Source of the DNA: Tubiluchus corallicola
Lineage: Eukaryota; Animalia; Priapulida
Length of the DNA stretch: 64,000 nt
Direction of reading: 5' to 3'
NCBI GenBank assembly: GCA_030141605.1
Contig: JAQGDQ010000429.1
Coordinates: 135,160-199,159, forward strand
Numbering within the stretch: the stretch's first letter is position 1; every line of letters starts with the position of its first letter. Shown piece by piece: positions 28,233-40,395 of this stretch. The translations under genes and the position numbers were made by a program. The notes below the pieces were generated by a model. The model ran no database searches. It was not told where the DNA came from and worked only from the letters and a program-made list of their open reading frames with translations.

Positions 28233-28672
28233 AGACTTACTCCTAAAATATTGCAAAAAAAACACTTTGGTGTTTTCTTGTAGTATTTGGTCCATAGAAT
28301 AACATATCCAAATTAGGGCGAAATTTGAGTGCAGCAAAGGCCTTAATTATGACGTCAAAAAGAGACGGCTGCCATTTGATCAAAATTTGGGTATTTAGTC
28401 ACCAGAATGTGAAAAAATGTTCATTTTGATTCAAAAGCATGAAACTTTGCACAGTGTTAGAGTTCATTAAGGTGATTAATTATGATTATGGAGTCAATCG
28501 AAATTCGTCCAATATGGCTGCAATTTTCAAGATGACTGATAATATGTATGTTGGTAGCTTATAGTGGCTATATATTTAAGAATTGTGAACAAAGTCTACC
28601 TGTTTTGTGAGCTAATATGCACTACAAGAAAACACCAGAAAACATTTCTTTGCCATTTTGTAGGGTAGGTCT
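28233..28672. mobile_element. MITE-like element with long imperfect terminal inverted repeats
   Basis: AGACTTACTCCTAAAAT...TGGTGTTTTCTTGTAGT pairs with ACTACAAGAAAACACCAG...TTTTGTAGGGTAGGTCT. Confidence 0.6.
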
Positions 28673-29563
28673 ATTTTGTTCATAATATTTACTCTATTAA
28701 AAGTAAATTCCGTCTCTAGTATGCATTAAATTTACAGAAAAGTCGGAAATCAGACTAATTCTGTTTTTCGTGGTTATATAGTTGCTCATGTCTGTGAATT
28801 CTGTTTGTTTTACGTGATAGCAGAAAATCAGAAGCCTACGAGTGTAACTTACATTTACATTTTTTTGAATTTTTAACTCATTCCAGTTGTCATTTGCATC
28901 GTAAAGAAAGTAACTAATCAGTGACTCTGAGTTACAGTTTCTTTTTTGCCGTTTTGAAAAGTAACTATTGTAGTTGCAATTAAAGTTTCTTAAAGAAGCA
29001 ACATTAGATGAATTGTAACCAGTTAAGTTAATAAATAAGTAATTTGTTCTATTGGCTTAGTCTTAGAAAAATTTTATTTTAAAAGGCTAAACTTTTGGCA
29101 TTTGTCAGATCTCCGTCTTGAGCCTTAATAAGAAACTGTTACATTTTCACTATATATGTCGAGTACAGCTGCAGTCAGCAAGAGCATCACGCCACGGTGA
29201 GATGTACACCATTGGAAAGCCTTTATGCACTTAGTTCATTTAAGCTCATTTATCTAGTTGCAGTTTGGCAAAGGCAGGAATCATGGTGCTGTCAAAACTT
29301 ACAGTATTGAAGTGCACACAAAAACATGTTTGATATTCTGTTTTCAGAATTCTTATTTATAAAATTATGGCAAAAGCGTCTAGGCTTAGTGTCCCACACA
29401 TAATATTTCTCAAGAGTGTAACAAATTACAATGAATTGTTATTAAATTTTTTAAATGGCTCCCAGGACCAGATGTGGTATTTTCAGGAAATTTGAAGCTT
29501 GTAAACTCGAACAGTTAACTCGTAAAAATTTATTTATTATTTTTCTAGATTCTGTGAAAGAGA

Positions 29564-30997
29564 ATGTTTCCATCTGTTGTTCCATTGCCTCTTGAAAATG
29601 CCGCTTTGAATAAGCTTTTACGGCAAGCCAAAGACTGGTGTGTTTCCAATGGCGTGGTTATGAGGACAGCAGACGCTCCTTCATCTTCCGAAGTGGTGAA
29701 TTACGCGCCTTTTATCTTGCTACCGTCACCATTCCCTCGTACAGAATTTGCCAGAGCCAAGGCTGTTCAGTATGCCATTAACAAGCTTGTCCATGCCGTG
29801 GCAATGGACTTTGAGTTTCTGAAGGCATCGTTGAAAACCACACTACCTGTTGATGATTTTACTAAGCGATTATTTTCTATTTGTGAGACTGTTGAGGCAG
29901 AGGGTATTGCACAAGATATTCACCTGGGTTTACTGAGAAGTGATTATATGCTGGATAAAAGCTTATCGGACATCAAACAGATTGAAATAAACACCATTTC
30001 TGCTAGTTTTCCGTCACTCACCTGCAAGATATCTTTGCTTCATAGGTTTCTTCTTACCAAGATGGGATTACAATCCAGCTTAGATTTGGAGCATCATCTT
30101 CCACGAAATCTTGCTTTAACTGGGTATGCAAAAGCACTGGTGGAAGCTTGGCAGCTGTATGATAATGATAGCGCAGTCATCGTCATTGTGGTTCAGGAGG
30201 CGGAAAGGAACATTGCAGATCAGCGTCTCTTGGAGTATGAAGTTTGCGCAGAAAATGCTTTTATCACCATTTGGAGACGGACATTTGGAGAGCTTGCGCA
30301 AGCCACACTTCATCCTAAAAAAAGAACTTTGAGCTTAGATGGCCGGGAGATAGCAGTGGTATATTATAGAGATGGCTACGCTCCCAGCTGCTATGTAAAT
30401 GAACAAGTGTGGGAGACGCGTCTTAAAGTTGAAAGATCAACGGCAATCAAGTGTCCATCTATACAGTACCAACTTGTTGGAACTAAGAAGATACAGCAGG
30501 TACTGTCTTTGCCAAATGTGTTGGAGAAGTTTCTGCACAATGCAGACGAAGTTCATGCCGTAAGGAGTACATTTGCTCAACAGTATAGCTTAGATTTCGA
30601 TGCCTCAGGGGACAAGGCCGTCGCTATGGCAATCAGCGATCCGGAACGGTTCGTGCTGAAGCCACAGCGAGAAGGCGGTGGCAACAACATATACGGCAGC
30701 GATATCGTCGAAGTTTTAACCAGGTTAAAAAATGAGCAGGAGAGAGCCTCGTACATCCTAATGGACTTCATACATCCATTACCATCGTACAATTACGTGG
30801 TGCGAGCTGGTGAAGAAGTTCGGCTTGAAAGCGTCGTAAGCGAACTAGGAATTTTTGGAACGATCATCGGGAAGGGCAAAGAAGTAGTCGTTAATGAGCA
30901 TTTTGGGCATTTGCTCCGCACGAAAAAAGCCACTGCACAGGAAGTTGGTGTAAGTGCGGGTTTTGGCACGCTGGACAGCCCGTATTTAGTTTACTAA
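29564..30997 (+). CDS. GSS: Glutathione synthetase (eukaryotic type), 477 aa, single coding exon
   Basis: Intact ORF with GLLRSDYM, KQIEINTISASF, YYRDGY, KPQREGGGNN, SELGIFG, GHLLRTK and GFGTLDSPYL. The acceptor ttttctag at 29549 suggests a 5'-UTR intron. Confidence 0.97.
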   Translation: MFPSVVPLPLENAALNKLLRQAKDWCVSNGVVMRTADAPSSSEVVNYAPFILLPSPFPRTEFARAKAVQYAINKLVHAVAMDFEFLKASLKTTLPVDDFTKRLFSICETVEAEGIAQDIHLGLLRSDYMLDKSLSDIKQIEINTISASFPSLTCKISLLHRFLLTKMGLQSSLDLEHHLPRNLALTGYAKALVEAWQLYDNDSAVIVIVVQEAERNIADQRLLEYEVCAENAFITIWRRTFGELAQATLHPKKRTLSLDGREIAVVYYRDGYAPSCYVNEQVWETRLKVERSTAIKCPSIQYQLVGTKKIQQVLSLPNVLEKFLHNADEVHAVRSTFAQQYSLDFDASGDKAVAMAISDPERFVLKPQREGGGNNIYGSDIVEVLTRLKNEQERASYILMDFIHPLPSYNYVVRAGEEVRLESVVSELGIFGTIIGKGKEVVVNEHFGHLLRTKKATAQEVGVSAGFGTLDSPYLVY

Positions 30998-32297
30998 TCT
31001 AAACAAATGATTGGTTCATGTGTTCCAAATGCTAATGAGGTAAACCTGCAAGAGCATTTCTCTCAGTATCATAGTAAAGCAACAGGTGAGCATTTTATTG
31101 ATTCTTATGCATGTGATTTATACATTTCTCTGATTACATAATATTTTTTGTTGAAACTAATGAGCATAGGGGTGGAGAATATAATGGAATATTTAAAGGG
31201 AACACTTGTAGTAGTCAGCCATATATAAGGGAAATTTGTTACATTATAATAATGATAGGGTTTTCCTAAGAAAAAAAATTTTCTTCAAAATCTTTGCATA
31301 GCATGAAATTATATATTTTCTGGAATATACTTACTATAATAAATATTTACATACTAATACATTGTAGTAATGTTGGTGCATTAACTATTTTGTGATAACA
31401 TGAATTTCTTGCATGCAGTTAAAATTTTATCAGTTGTATTATATTATAGTTTGCATTGTTAATTTTACTAATTCCTCTCCTTCCAGAAATATGGTAGGCT
31501 GCAGTTCTAGTGTCACCTGCGAAAAGCAAGCCGAATTGTAATCATGTTGTTTTTTATGTAATGTAGTTTTTGAAAGTAGCTTGAACGCTAGCTGAAAAGA
31601 CGTGTTCAGTAGGCTAATACACTTTTAGTATGTGATGTAAAGCTCTATCACCATGAAACCAGCTTTACTTGATGGTGTAAAACTTGATAAAATGTCATTA
31701 CTTTACCATTACACGAAACATGATTCCTTCAGATACGTAGCAGGTTACACATTTTACTCATACTCACGCACTCATTATGACTGGTCCGTTGACTCCTTTG
31801 AGGTTTTTTAATTAGAGGGTGTGTCCACTGTTGGTCAAAGTTAATGCACAACTCGCTGAATGAAGTACCCAGAAAGTTTATTAACAATATTATTTCACTA
31901 AACACAATTAAATTTTATAACGTAGTTTGTGACTCTGATGTGCCATGAACATGTATCCTTTATCCATAACCTCAGTGCAGAGTGAGAAAAATCATCGGCC
32001 AAACATTGCCAATGCGCTTTTGGCTCAGGAAGTTTTGTAGACGACATCATTTTATAACATTTTAGGAAAATGCTTCATTCGATTTTGCCATGAAGACCTT
32101 TTGTTTTGACTGTACCTTTCTGGTCACATTTTGTAAGGATATGCTCGGTATTTTCATATAGCAGTAGTCCCTTAAAGACCTTATATTCTGTTCCATGAAA
32201 TATAAGCTGCTGGCGGAGCAATGTAATGAATGATCTTCCTGCTAATTTCATTTTTATCTCAAAATCACATTTTATCTCAGATCTCACTTTGGCTTAA

Positions 32298-32746
32298 GGG
32301 CCAATATAAACCCAACAGACGTAGACGGTTTTTTACTGCATTATTATGATTACACAAAGAATTCATAGTTATTTTTTAACAAAGGAAGCTTATAAATTAA
32401 ATACCTTTCCTTTTTCTGGCAAATTTCGAATGCACGCATTGCCGTAAAGATCGCCACGTTTCGTGTCTTTGGCGCAAGTGAGTGAGAATGACGTACGAGG
32501 TACAGAAAGCGTCTTTGATTACTGATGTTTTTTTACCGATCTTTGGTGGTCTTATGACTGTATTCATTAGTTGCCTCACACAATGAAAAATGGCAGTGCA
32601 AATTCAAACCACTAACAATGAAATGATAAAAAATCAAAAGAAACAAATTTTACAGTAAGTTTATAATAGTATAAATTGAATATTTGCAATGAGAGTAGGA
32701 TTTTAAGTTATAAAAGCTTATATTATTCTGAGGGTTTAGTTTGACT
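32298..32746. mobile_element. Kolobok-like MITE (TTAA target)
   Basis: TTAA|GGGCCAATATAAACCC ... GGGTTTAGTTTGACT|TTAA; imperfect TIRs with TTAA flanks. Confidence 0.45.
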
Positions 32747-34050
32747 TTAAAGTATCAACCTTAGTGTCACTGGATGTCACGTGTGTGGTGCCTGAAGGAC
32801 CTGAAAATTTATCTTTCAGAACAGTTTTTCTCGTTTCCTCTGACATTCACAGCAACACTCCAAAGGCTAGTCAGTGACATTTGAGAAAATAAAATTCTCA
32901 TCACTGATTATATGTCTGTTGAACAATGACATCTCTGTGGTCCTAAAGCCAGACAGGAAAGAGGGAGCTAAAAGTCACATAAAATAAAATGGCCTCAGCA
33001 TTTTTCGTAAATGCCGTATTTCGGAAATTTTTAGTAAGCAATATATGTATATGTACAATGCATCTACTGTCAAGATTTCTATTAAAAACTCCAATGCAAA
33101 CATATCGAAAATCCCTGCTACATGAAGTCATCTGCATTGTGCAATGTTGCTCCGTACCGGTACCGGGGTAAATAATCACATGGAGTGGGGCAACTTGTCA
33201 CAACGTGTTATTACCTCAATTCAGTTATCTACCTCCAGTATATGTAACATAACATCATGTTAACATAATTTTTATCAACAGAACGATTACTATATGTAAC
33301 TGGCTATCAGAACTTAAAAGAAGTGTAAATTGTTTTCGTATTATTTTCCTTGCCAGATGGCAGCATCGTGCAACATCCAGCTTAGTGGCCTTAAACACGC
33401 ACACCAGTCGGGCGTATTTAAAAGCAGGGTCTACGAGAATTATACAGCTCACACAAAAGCTTTTCTCTGTGGCAAAACAATGTTTTAGATACTGTAAACA
33501 CTGCAAAACACTTATATCAACACTTGCAATAGACCGAATTGTGAAGAAAACTTAGGGTTTTATACGCCTACAGGGTTAGAAAACTTTACCGGGGTTTTAT
33601 ACGCCTGTACAAAGAGTGAACATACGTCACCAAGATAAAACAGAGTAATTTCGTTACGTAGTTATTTCATTTATTTCGTGTTATTCAATTGCAAACTGTT
33701 TTAAAGTTGGGTAAATCTACTAACGACCGACTTTGCTATGCTAGCTCCAGCCAAACTAATAGTATAATTCAGGGGTGTGCAAATTATCTGACTAGCTGGG
33801 CCACATTAAACTTTCTCGGAATTTCTGCGGGCCGCATACAGTTTGGTCAAAGATTTGGTTCTTCTTCAATCTTCTTTTTTTCTTATACATCTTTCTGATC
33901 TATAAGAACACTGCACCTGATGAAACGATGAAACAGCCACTGTTCGAGGTGTGTACTACTGAGCCTAAATAGAAACTAAAATCTGGGAATCCTTTATATC
34001 AGGGATGGCTACACTTTTTCAGCTTGCTGGCTACTTACAAAGTAATCTGC

Positions 34051-34190
34051 CTAGTCGTCTTCTTGGACATAGTAGGTAGATCATTTTGACTTGGTTATTT
34101 TATAATTTTATTTATAATTTATTTATAATTTTTTTTGTAAAATAACCAGGTCAGAAATGATCTACTTGATATGACCAAGAAGATGACTGG
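34051..34190. repeat. Inverted repeat/hairpin with AT-rich loop
   Basis: CTAGTCGTCTTCTTGGACATAGTAGGTAGATCATTTTGACTTGGTTATTTTA pairs with TAAAATAACCAGGTCAGAAATGATCTACTTGATATGACCAAGAAGATGACTGG. Confidence 0.8.
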
Positions 34191-34579
34191 GCTGATCAAC
34201 CAACCCGATAATAGAAGCCTAGAGATTGGCTGGTTGGTCTTTCTACCAGCAAATCAGATTACTTCTCGCATTTCCTGCACATTTGAGTGATTCAGTTGCA
34301 GCTTCCTAGATTACATAGCTTTTTTATGTTGCAAGTGAGCAACGTTAAATTTTGTCATGTCCGACAGTGACATTAAGTGATAACCGTCTGTAGCGGATAG
34401 CCCTATAGGCTGAATAGGCTGAAGCTTAAGGCCCGGGATCAAAAGGGACCCGGCAAAATAAAACGAAATTTTTTTTTTGTAAAAAAAAAATAAATTGACA
34501 AAAGAGCAAGGGGCCCGCCAAAATAAAATATAGAAAAAAGTTTTTTTTTCAAAAGTCAGTCACTATATTTCAAATCGGG

Positions 34580-34669
34580 TTTACACAAATCAAGTTTACA
34601 CAATTTAAGTTTGCACAATTCAAGTTTACACAATTTAAGTTTACACAATTCACGTTTACATAGTTTAAG
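34580..34669 (+). repeat. 15-bp tandem repeat x6 inside the hAT end
   Basis: Units of TTTACACAATTTAAG with minor variants. Confidence 0.85.
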
Positions 34670-34689
34670 TTTAAGTTCAAAATTTCAGT

Positions 34690-36907
34690 TTCCAAATTTT
34701 TCTGGGGGCAAAGTCAGTTATAATTTCTGAAAAGTCCATTTTTTTCAACATATCTGACTAAATATGCATCAGTGATAAATTGTTTAATTTGTCATCCTTT
34801 AGAGATGACCGTAATTAAGTTTTTACCCTTTTCAGAGCAGAGAATGATCGTTCCCCACTGCAGTTTCAAACCATCATACACAAGTACATTCTAACACATA
34901 TGTAAACATTTGGGAACAGTGACAGAAGGTTATTGGAAACAATTTGCCGATACATCTGTAGTTCAATGCTGCCGTTGCAAGTTTGGTCACATTTCTGGAT
35001 AAACGACTGGAAGTGTACTAACTCTTCTACAAAAGATGTCTCTAAATCGTTAGGATACGTGTCCAAAAGATTTCGAGCAGCTTGGCGCAGTTGGTTCAGT
35101 GTCAAAATGTCAGACAGAAACCCAAATTTGGAGCAAACGTTATCATATGCACTAATGCGTTTATCTAAGGCAGCACATAGTTGATCTATGATAGAAAGAA
35201 AGACATTTACACGGAATGAATCACGAGGGCTGAACTCAGTTTCACCAGCAGCTCCATCATTTCGTCTCAGTTTCTCGCTTCTCTTTCGTTTTCTTGTCAT
35301 TTCTTCTTCGTAATTGATTTGATTTGATTTGACTTGCCTCTTTTTTCAAATGAGTCAAACTCTTCTCGTTGGGATGAAACAAAGTCCTTCAATGACTGAA
35401 GTAGTTTGATAGCTGTATTCAAATTCAATGATGCACTTTGAAGTTTCTTACTTGTGTCATGAAATCGTTTTAGTAACACTGACCAAATTGATATTAATAT
35501 ACCGAACTCCAATTTTTCCATTTTTTGTGAAAGACATTTAGCCTGTCTTCGAGCATCAGCCTTCTCATCAGAATCATTAGACATTTTATCAAGACATTCA
35601 AGAATTTCAGAGTAGCCCTCACCAAGAGCATGTACAGCAGACGAATGAGCAGACCATCTTGTATCTGAGAGACGTTTGACAACAGGTAAATTCTTCTTGC
35701 TTAATTCGGCCACTAATAATCCCCAGCGATGTGTGGAGGCACTGAAAAATGTATATAGATTTTGAACAAAGTCAAAAAACTGACAGACTAGAAGCATACA
35801 GTCAACTGCTGACTGTCCTGCCAGGTTTAGTGAATGAGCGAAACATGGTACATAGAATGCTGTGTTGCTTTCCTTGCATATGAGTGCTTGGACACCATTA
35901 TATTTCCCACTCGTATTGCTCGCGTTATCGTATGATTGTCCTCTACAATTTGAGATATGAAGTTCATTTTCTTCCAGGAATGCAAATAAACTTTCCGTGA
36001 GGTCCTTGGCTGAATGTCCATGCATGTCTAGGAATTTAACGAATCTTTCCACTGGACCATCCTCTCCAAGATACCGAAATATTAAAGTCAATTTGTCAGT
36101 GTGAGAGACATCTGGTGTTGAGTCCATTGATATTGAAAAGTACTTCGCCTTCTTAATTTCTGCAGTAATACATTTCAGTAGCTTCTGTCCCATTATTTCA
36201 ATTATTTCGTCGCAAATAGTAGATGACATATACGAAACAGAACCTCTACCTCGTCCACCATAAGTTTCTATATGCCTTGAAAGAAAGGGATCGAATTTGG
36301 CCAGTAATTCCAGTGTCCCCAGAAAGTTTCCATTAGAAGGAGAGTTTAACAGCTCATCATGTCCACGGAATGGCAAGCCACGCTCAGCTAGGAATGCTAT
36401 GGTTGCTACAATTCTTTCCAGGACTGACCTTGCATATGCTTGCTCCGCTTTCTCTTGTTTTATGAGTTCACTGTCAATTCTACCAGCGTCTTTGGCACGT
36501 GTGATCAATTTGACACCTGCTGTGCGATGTTCAGAACTGTTTTCATGTTTTTCAATATGACTATTTGCATTTTTCCAATCACTGTATCCTTGAATGAATG
36601 TATTTGTCCGATCCTGACAAAATATTGTGCAAATGAAACAGAAGACACAACGTGTGCTGGGAGAGTAGCAAAGCCATGACCGGTCTATTTCTTCACCATT
36701 TACAGAATGAATTCGTGCGAAGAGAGACTTTGTAAAATATCTTTTCTGCTTGTTGTCTATTTTTTCCGATTTATTGAAATTAGCATGTTTATTTTGAAAC
36801 TTAGAACTTGGTTGTCGCAGTAAAACATCTATCTGTGGATCCGAAAGTTTTGGCCAGAGCGCAATATCCAATGGAAACTGTATTTCCTGATGATTGTTGT
36901 CTTCCAT
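34690..36907 (-). pseudogene. hAT (ZMYM1/DUF4371-type) transposase with frameshifts
   Basis: ORF 36907-35297 has TTF-type zinc finger RSWLCYS..FCFIC..HENSSEH, FSISMDSTPDVSH, RGQSYDNA, PCFAHSLNL and SDTRWS. It continues after a frameshift in 35300-34866 and again into CSGERSFSALKRVK (dimerisation domain, with a stop). Confidence 0.9.
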
Positions 36908-38639
36908 TGATTCATCACAGATAGTTACTAATAAGTATAAGAAATTAGTAAGAAACTAAAGTTACTTTCAGAGTTTCTGATTGGCTTATTTTAGTTGACA
37001 TCTAACCCAGAAACTCACCAAGCTGTAATCGTGTTTATATAGTCCTAGTCCACAAGATATAATTTTTATCACAATCGGTGGGCAAAAACTCACAAAATTA
37101 AACAAACTTACAAACGACGAGAGCTCCACAAAAACACGTCAGCTCAGCAGTGTAGCAACATTTAAAAGGCCCGTTCCAAGCTCAAGCCTAAGGCCCATAA
37201 AATCATAATCCGCCGCTGAGTACAGGTAACAATTTGTGTTGCAAACAACAATTTCTGTTCCACCTGTAATTTTGAACAGGAAAAGTTTCCAGGCATGCAC
37301 AATAATTAACCCAATGATAACCAACTTTTAATCGTTGCAGTTAAATAGTGATTGCTTTGAGACTTGCTTCTGTGTAGTGGTTGTGGGGAATTATTACTGA
37401 AAGCAGGTATATGCCAGAATTCAATTGCTCCTGCCGAAATAAATTATATTGAATTCAGATTTTGAGTAATTTAAGCATTTCTGAAAGTGCTAGTTTTAAT
37501 AAACCCAGAGCAAAAGCATATCTCAGTTACACAAACCGAGGTTCCCTAGTCAATGTTCTGTGCGAATAATAAAAAACCAGATTGACGACATTTTGGGATT
37601 AAAACCTAGATTTTTGTCCAAAACCTAGTTTTGGTATATTGTTTCAGGATTATGAGCCTAGACCTGAATTTATCCTCTGGTTTCAGTAACAAACTGATGT
37701 CAGAAAGTTCCAACTACCATTTAATGCAGTCCTTCCTCTTTTGTTGTCCTGCAACAGGGCAAGCATCAAGAGAGGCTCTAAGTTCCAGTACCATTTACAA
37801 AGATTGTGGTTCCATAGATTCTTCCTCTATTGGCCTTCAACTATGATAAGCATAAGAGGACATTTTCTCTAATCTACCTTCGAAAATATTGAATTTTAGT
37901 TTTTATTTAAAGAAAATAAGTGAATTTAACAAATTCCAGAAATGTAATTCGCTGCAACTGCAATCACGTGACTTCGAATTACCCAAAAATCCAGATCGAA
38001 CAACAAGTAATGGCATCTCCCTGTACAGGTTGTTATTATTATAGTGAAATTTTTTTCCAAAGTCAGCTAAATTCCAGATTAAAATCTAGCAAAAAGGTAT
38101 GGAAGCGCAAATGAGTTGGAAGCAATAGCCAACTCACCACACTCCCCCTTTCTTAGACACATCCCCTGCCCTCAGGTGATTCAGTTAATTTTGGGACACC
38201 CTGTACAGAGGAAAACAGTCTTTTTGTCTTAAAACAAGTTTACCCCACATAAAACTTCAAAGACAGAAACAGATTTTGTGATAATTATTGAAATATAACC
38301 ATCTGAAAATATTGAGTACAAATTTAAGCATGATTAATAAATGATTAACAAAACTTTCCTAAATGAAATTACCTGAGATACACAAGCAAATCCTGGCTCT
38401 TTGTTAGCCATACAAAACAATATATTGTACCAACATAAACCAAGCTGATGATAACATTTGTCTATGCAACATTATGAGTTATTGTAAAAAAGCATTACAA
38501 AATAAGCCGAGTGCTGTCAAATGATCGGTAATACAATTCTGATGCACAAATACAAGTCTATCGTTCATGAGCATCACTTGAATAAACAAGTATTTCACGA
38601 GTATAAAAGTCTATTTTTCACATTTTTCTTTTTTCCTTT

Positions 38640-39379
38640 ATTCATCTGAATCGGAATCTGATACTGCGAGGTCATAAGCCAATCTGTGGCCTTGCTCTTT
38701 CCGTTCATCTCCCTTTGTGGAACCCTGCTGGTGGTGGAGTAGGACATGAGACCAAATCTTATTCCTGGTTTGTGGAAGGTTTTATAGTTGGTTACTCTGC
38801 ATCATGGGGTTTAAGCTTCTTATCACAAAGATCACCCACGAAGGAGGAAAAAACTGAGGTTAGCGATGATGTTGACGAACTTCGCCGCCTGTATTTCCTT
38901 GCATCTTTCTTATACTTTTTGTTAACTTTCTCTAATCGCTCGATCTTTTTCTTCAACTTCTCTCTCTTCTCCATACACTGATTCTCATCATCAACAGTCA
39001 AATCTGCAATATGGCGCGCCTTTTTTCTGCTTTTTCTTTCTCCAGCTCGCACATTTCTATTCTAGGTGCGATCTCAACTGCACTAGTCTACTTACGTGGA
39101 ATGCAGGCGCTCTATCTATCTATCACACCTTCTGGTCGGGTGGGCATTTCTGAAGGCCATGGATGTGTTGGTGTTCTTAAACAGGGGTCTTTAGCTGATG
39201 ACACTCCAGGAGCTCAAAACGGTCTTAGTGGGCTATAGGAAGCTCCACTTTGCCTCCGCGGGAGGTTGTAGTCATTGTTTCTATTGAAGAATTTCTACCT
39301 GTGTGGAACTTGGACCAATACCAATTAAGCAGTTTCATTTTTTCGGTCTTGTAGTTGCACTTCCTGCAGTGAAAGGTCA
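38640..39379 (-). pseudogene. Degenerate ORF (C2H2-like start, Pro-rich middle, Lys/Glu-rich coil) next to a Gypsy relic
   Basis: FHCRKCNYKTEK..W..FH, then stop-interrupted Pro-rich text, then EKREKLKKKIERLEKVNKKYKKDARKYRRR. An acceptor-like tttttccatag lies at 39380. Confidence 0.35.
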
Positions 39380-39677
39380 CTATGGAAAAACAAAAAAGGT
39401 ACTTATCAGTGAACCATAAACTTAAACTTTTCTTTTCAAAGAAATACATTCCTAGTTAAACTGTCCTATGTTCAGCCTGGAACATTTCCCATTTTTGTGT
39501 ACTGGTGGATACATCTTTTTCTTTATCGACAAATGCTCAGAGCCAAATAAAGACAGGTAATTTTTGATTAAAACAAATTTTATTGAACTAAAAAACTAGT
39601 TTCTAAAGATCTAATCACTGAGGAGGCTTAATCAGCCCTTTCGCTCTGTAAGCTGTTCCGAAACAAGCAACTGATTG

Positions 39678-40380
39678 TTATTTACTCATGTGTGATGTTT
39701 TTTTATGAGCCACATCTTTGGTGTTTCCTTTGTCCAGTGGCACACAATTATTATTGTCAAGAAACAAATCCTCCTGTACAATTTCTTCATCAAGTGCCTG
39801 ATCTTCAAGGTTATCAGAAAAGTGATCCATTTGTACTTCTACCTTATTCTTGGTCCAATCCCCTGGCAATTTCTCAGCATGATATTGCTTCAAGTTATCT
39901 ATGTGCACCGCCATGCATGATGAACTTGTGGACTTCTGTAATTTGAAAAGCACTTCGCTGATTTTCTGTACCACCAAGAATGAGCCTTGCCATCCTCGAC
40001 CGAGTTTTCTCCTAGTAGCAGGCAGGCACCAATACCACACCCAGCTACCATTTTTGATTTCCAGTGACTTCAACTTGTTGTTATATCCTCATTTTTGTCT
40101 ATCTGCAGCTTTGTGCACAGAATGTCAGGCATATTCATATGCCTCCTCTGTCACACTCCGCACCCACTCTACATATTCGTGTGTACTTTGAACCAGAGGT
40201 ATAAAGTGAGGTGGGACTCGCACCGTAATATCTAGTGGAATAAAATTCTCTCTTGAAAAACATAAGATTTGGAGAACAACTCATAGATGTTTGAGCCGCT
40301 GCAAGATAAGCCATCATTACATACGGTAGGTGCACCATCACTATCATGATCATCACTGGGTAATGTGGTGGGTTGTTGTG
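39678..40380 (-). mobile_element. Gypsy/Ty3 LTR-retrotransposon integrase C-terminal relic
   Basis: HLPYVMMAY..A.QTS...SPNLMFF.RE and WVWYW.P..RRKLGRGWQGSFLVVQKISEVLFKLQ...VHIDNLKQY (GPY/F region). Confidence 0.8.
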
Positions 40381-40395
40381 AAGTGGTATGGTATA

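Larger units (their letters stand above)
34388..37218 (-). mobile_element. hAT DNA transposon, near full length, defective
   Basis: Ends CTGTAGCGGAT / ATCCGCCGCTG (imperfect TIRs) with subterminal AAGGCCC motifs, enclosing a transposase. No matching 8-bp TSD is seen. Confidence 0.8.

Noticed and set aside
35297-36907. Domesticated ZMYM1-like host gene
   Set aside because: Frameshifts and a stop in the C-terminal domain, plus flanking TIR-like ends, indicate a decaying transposon.
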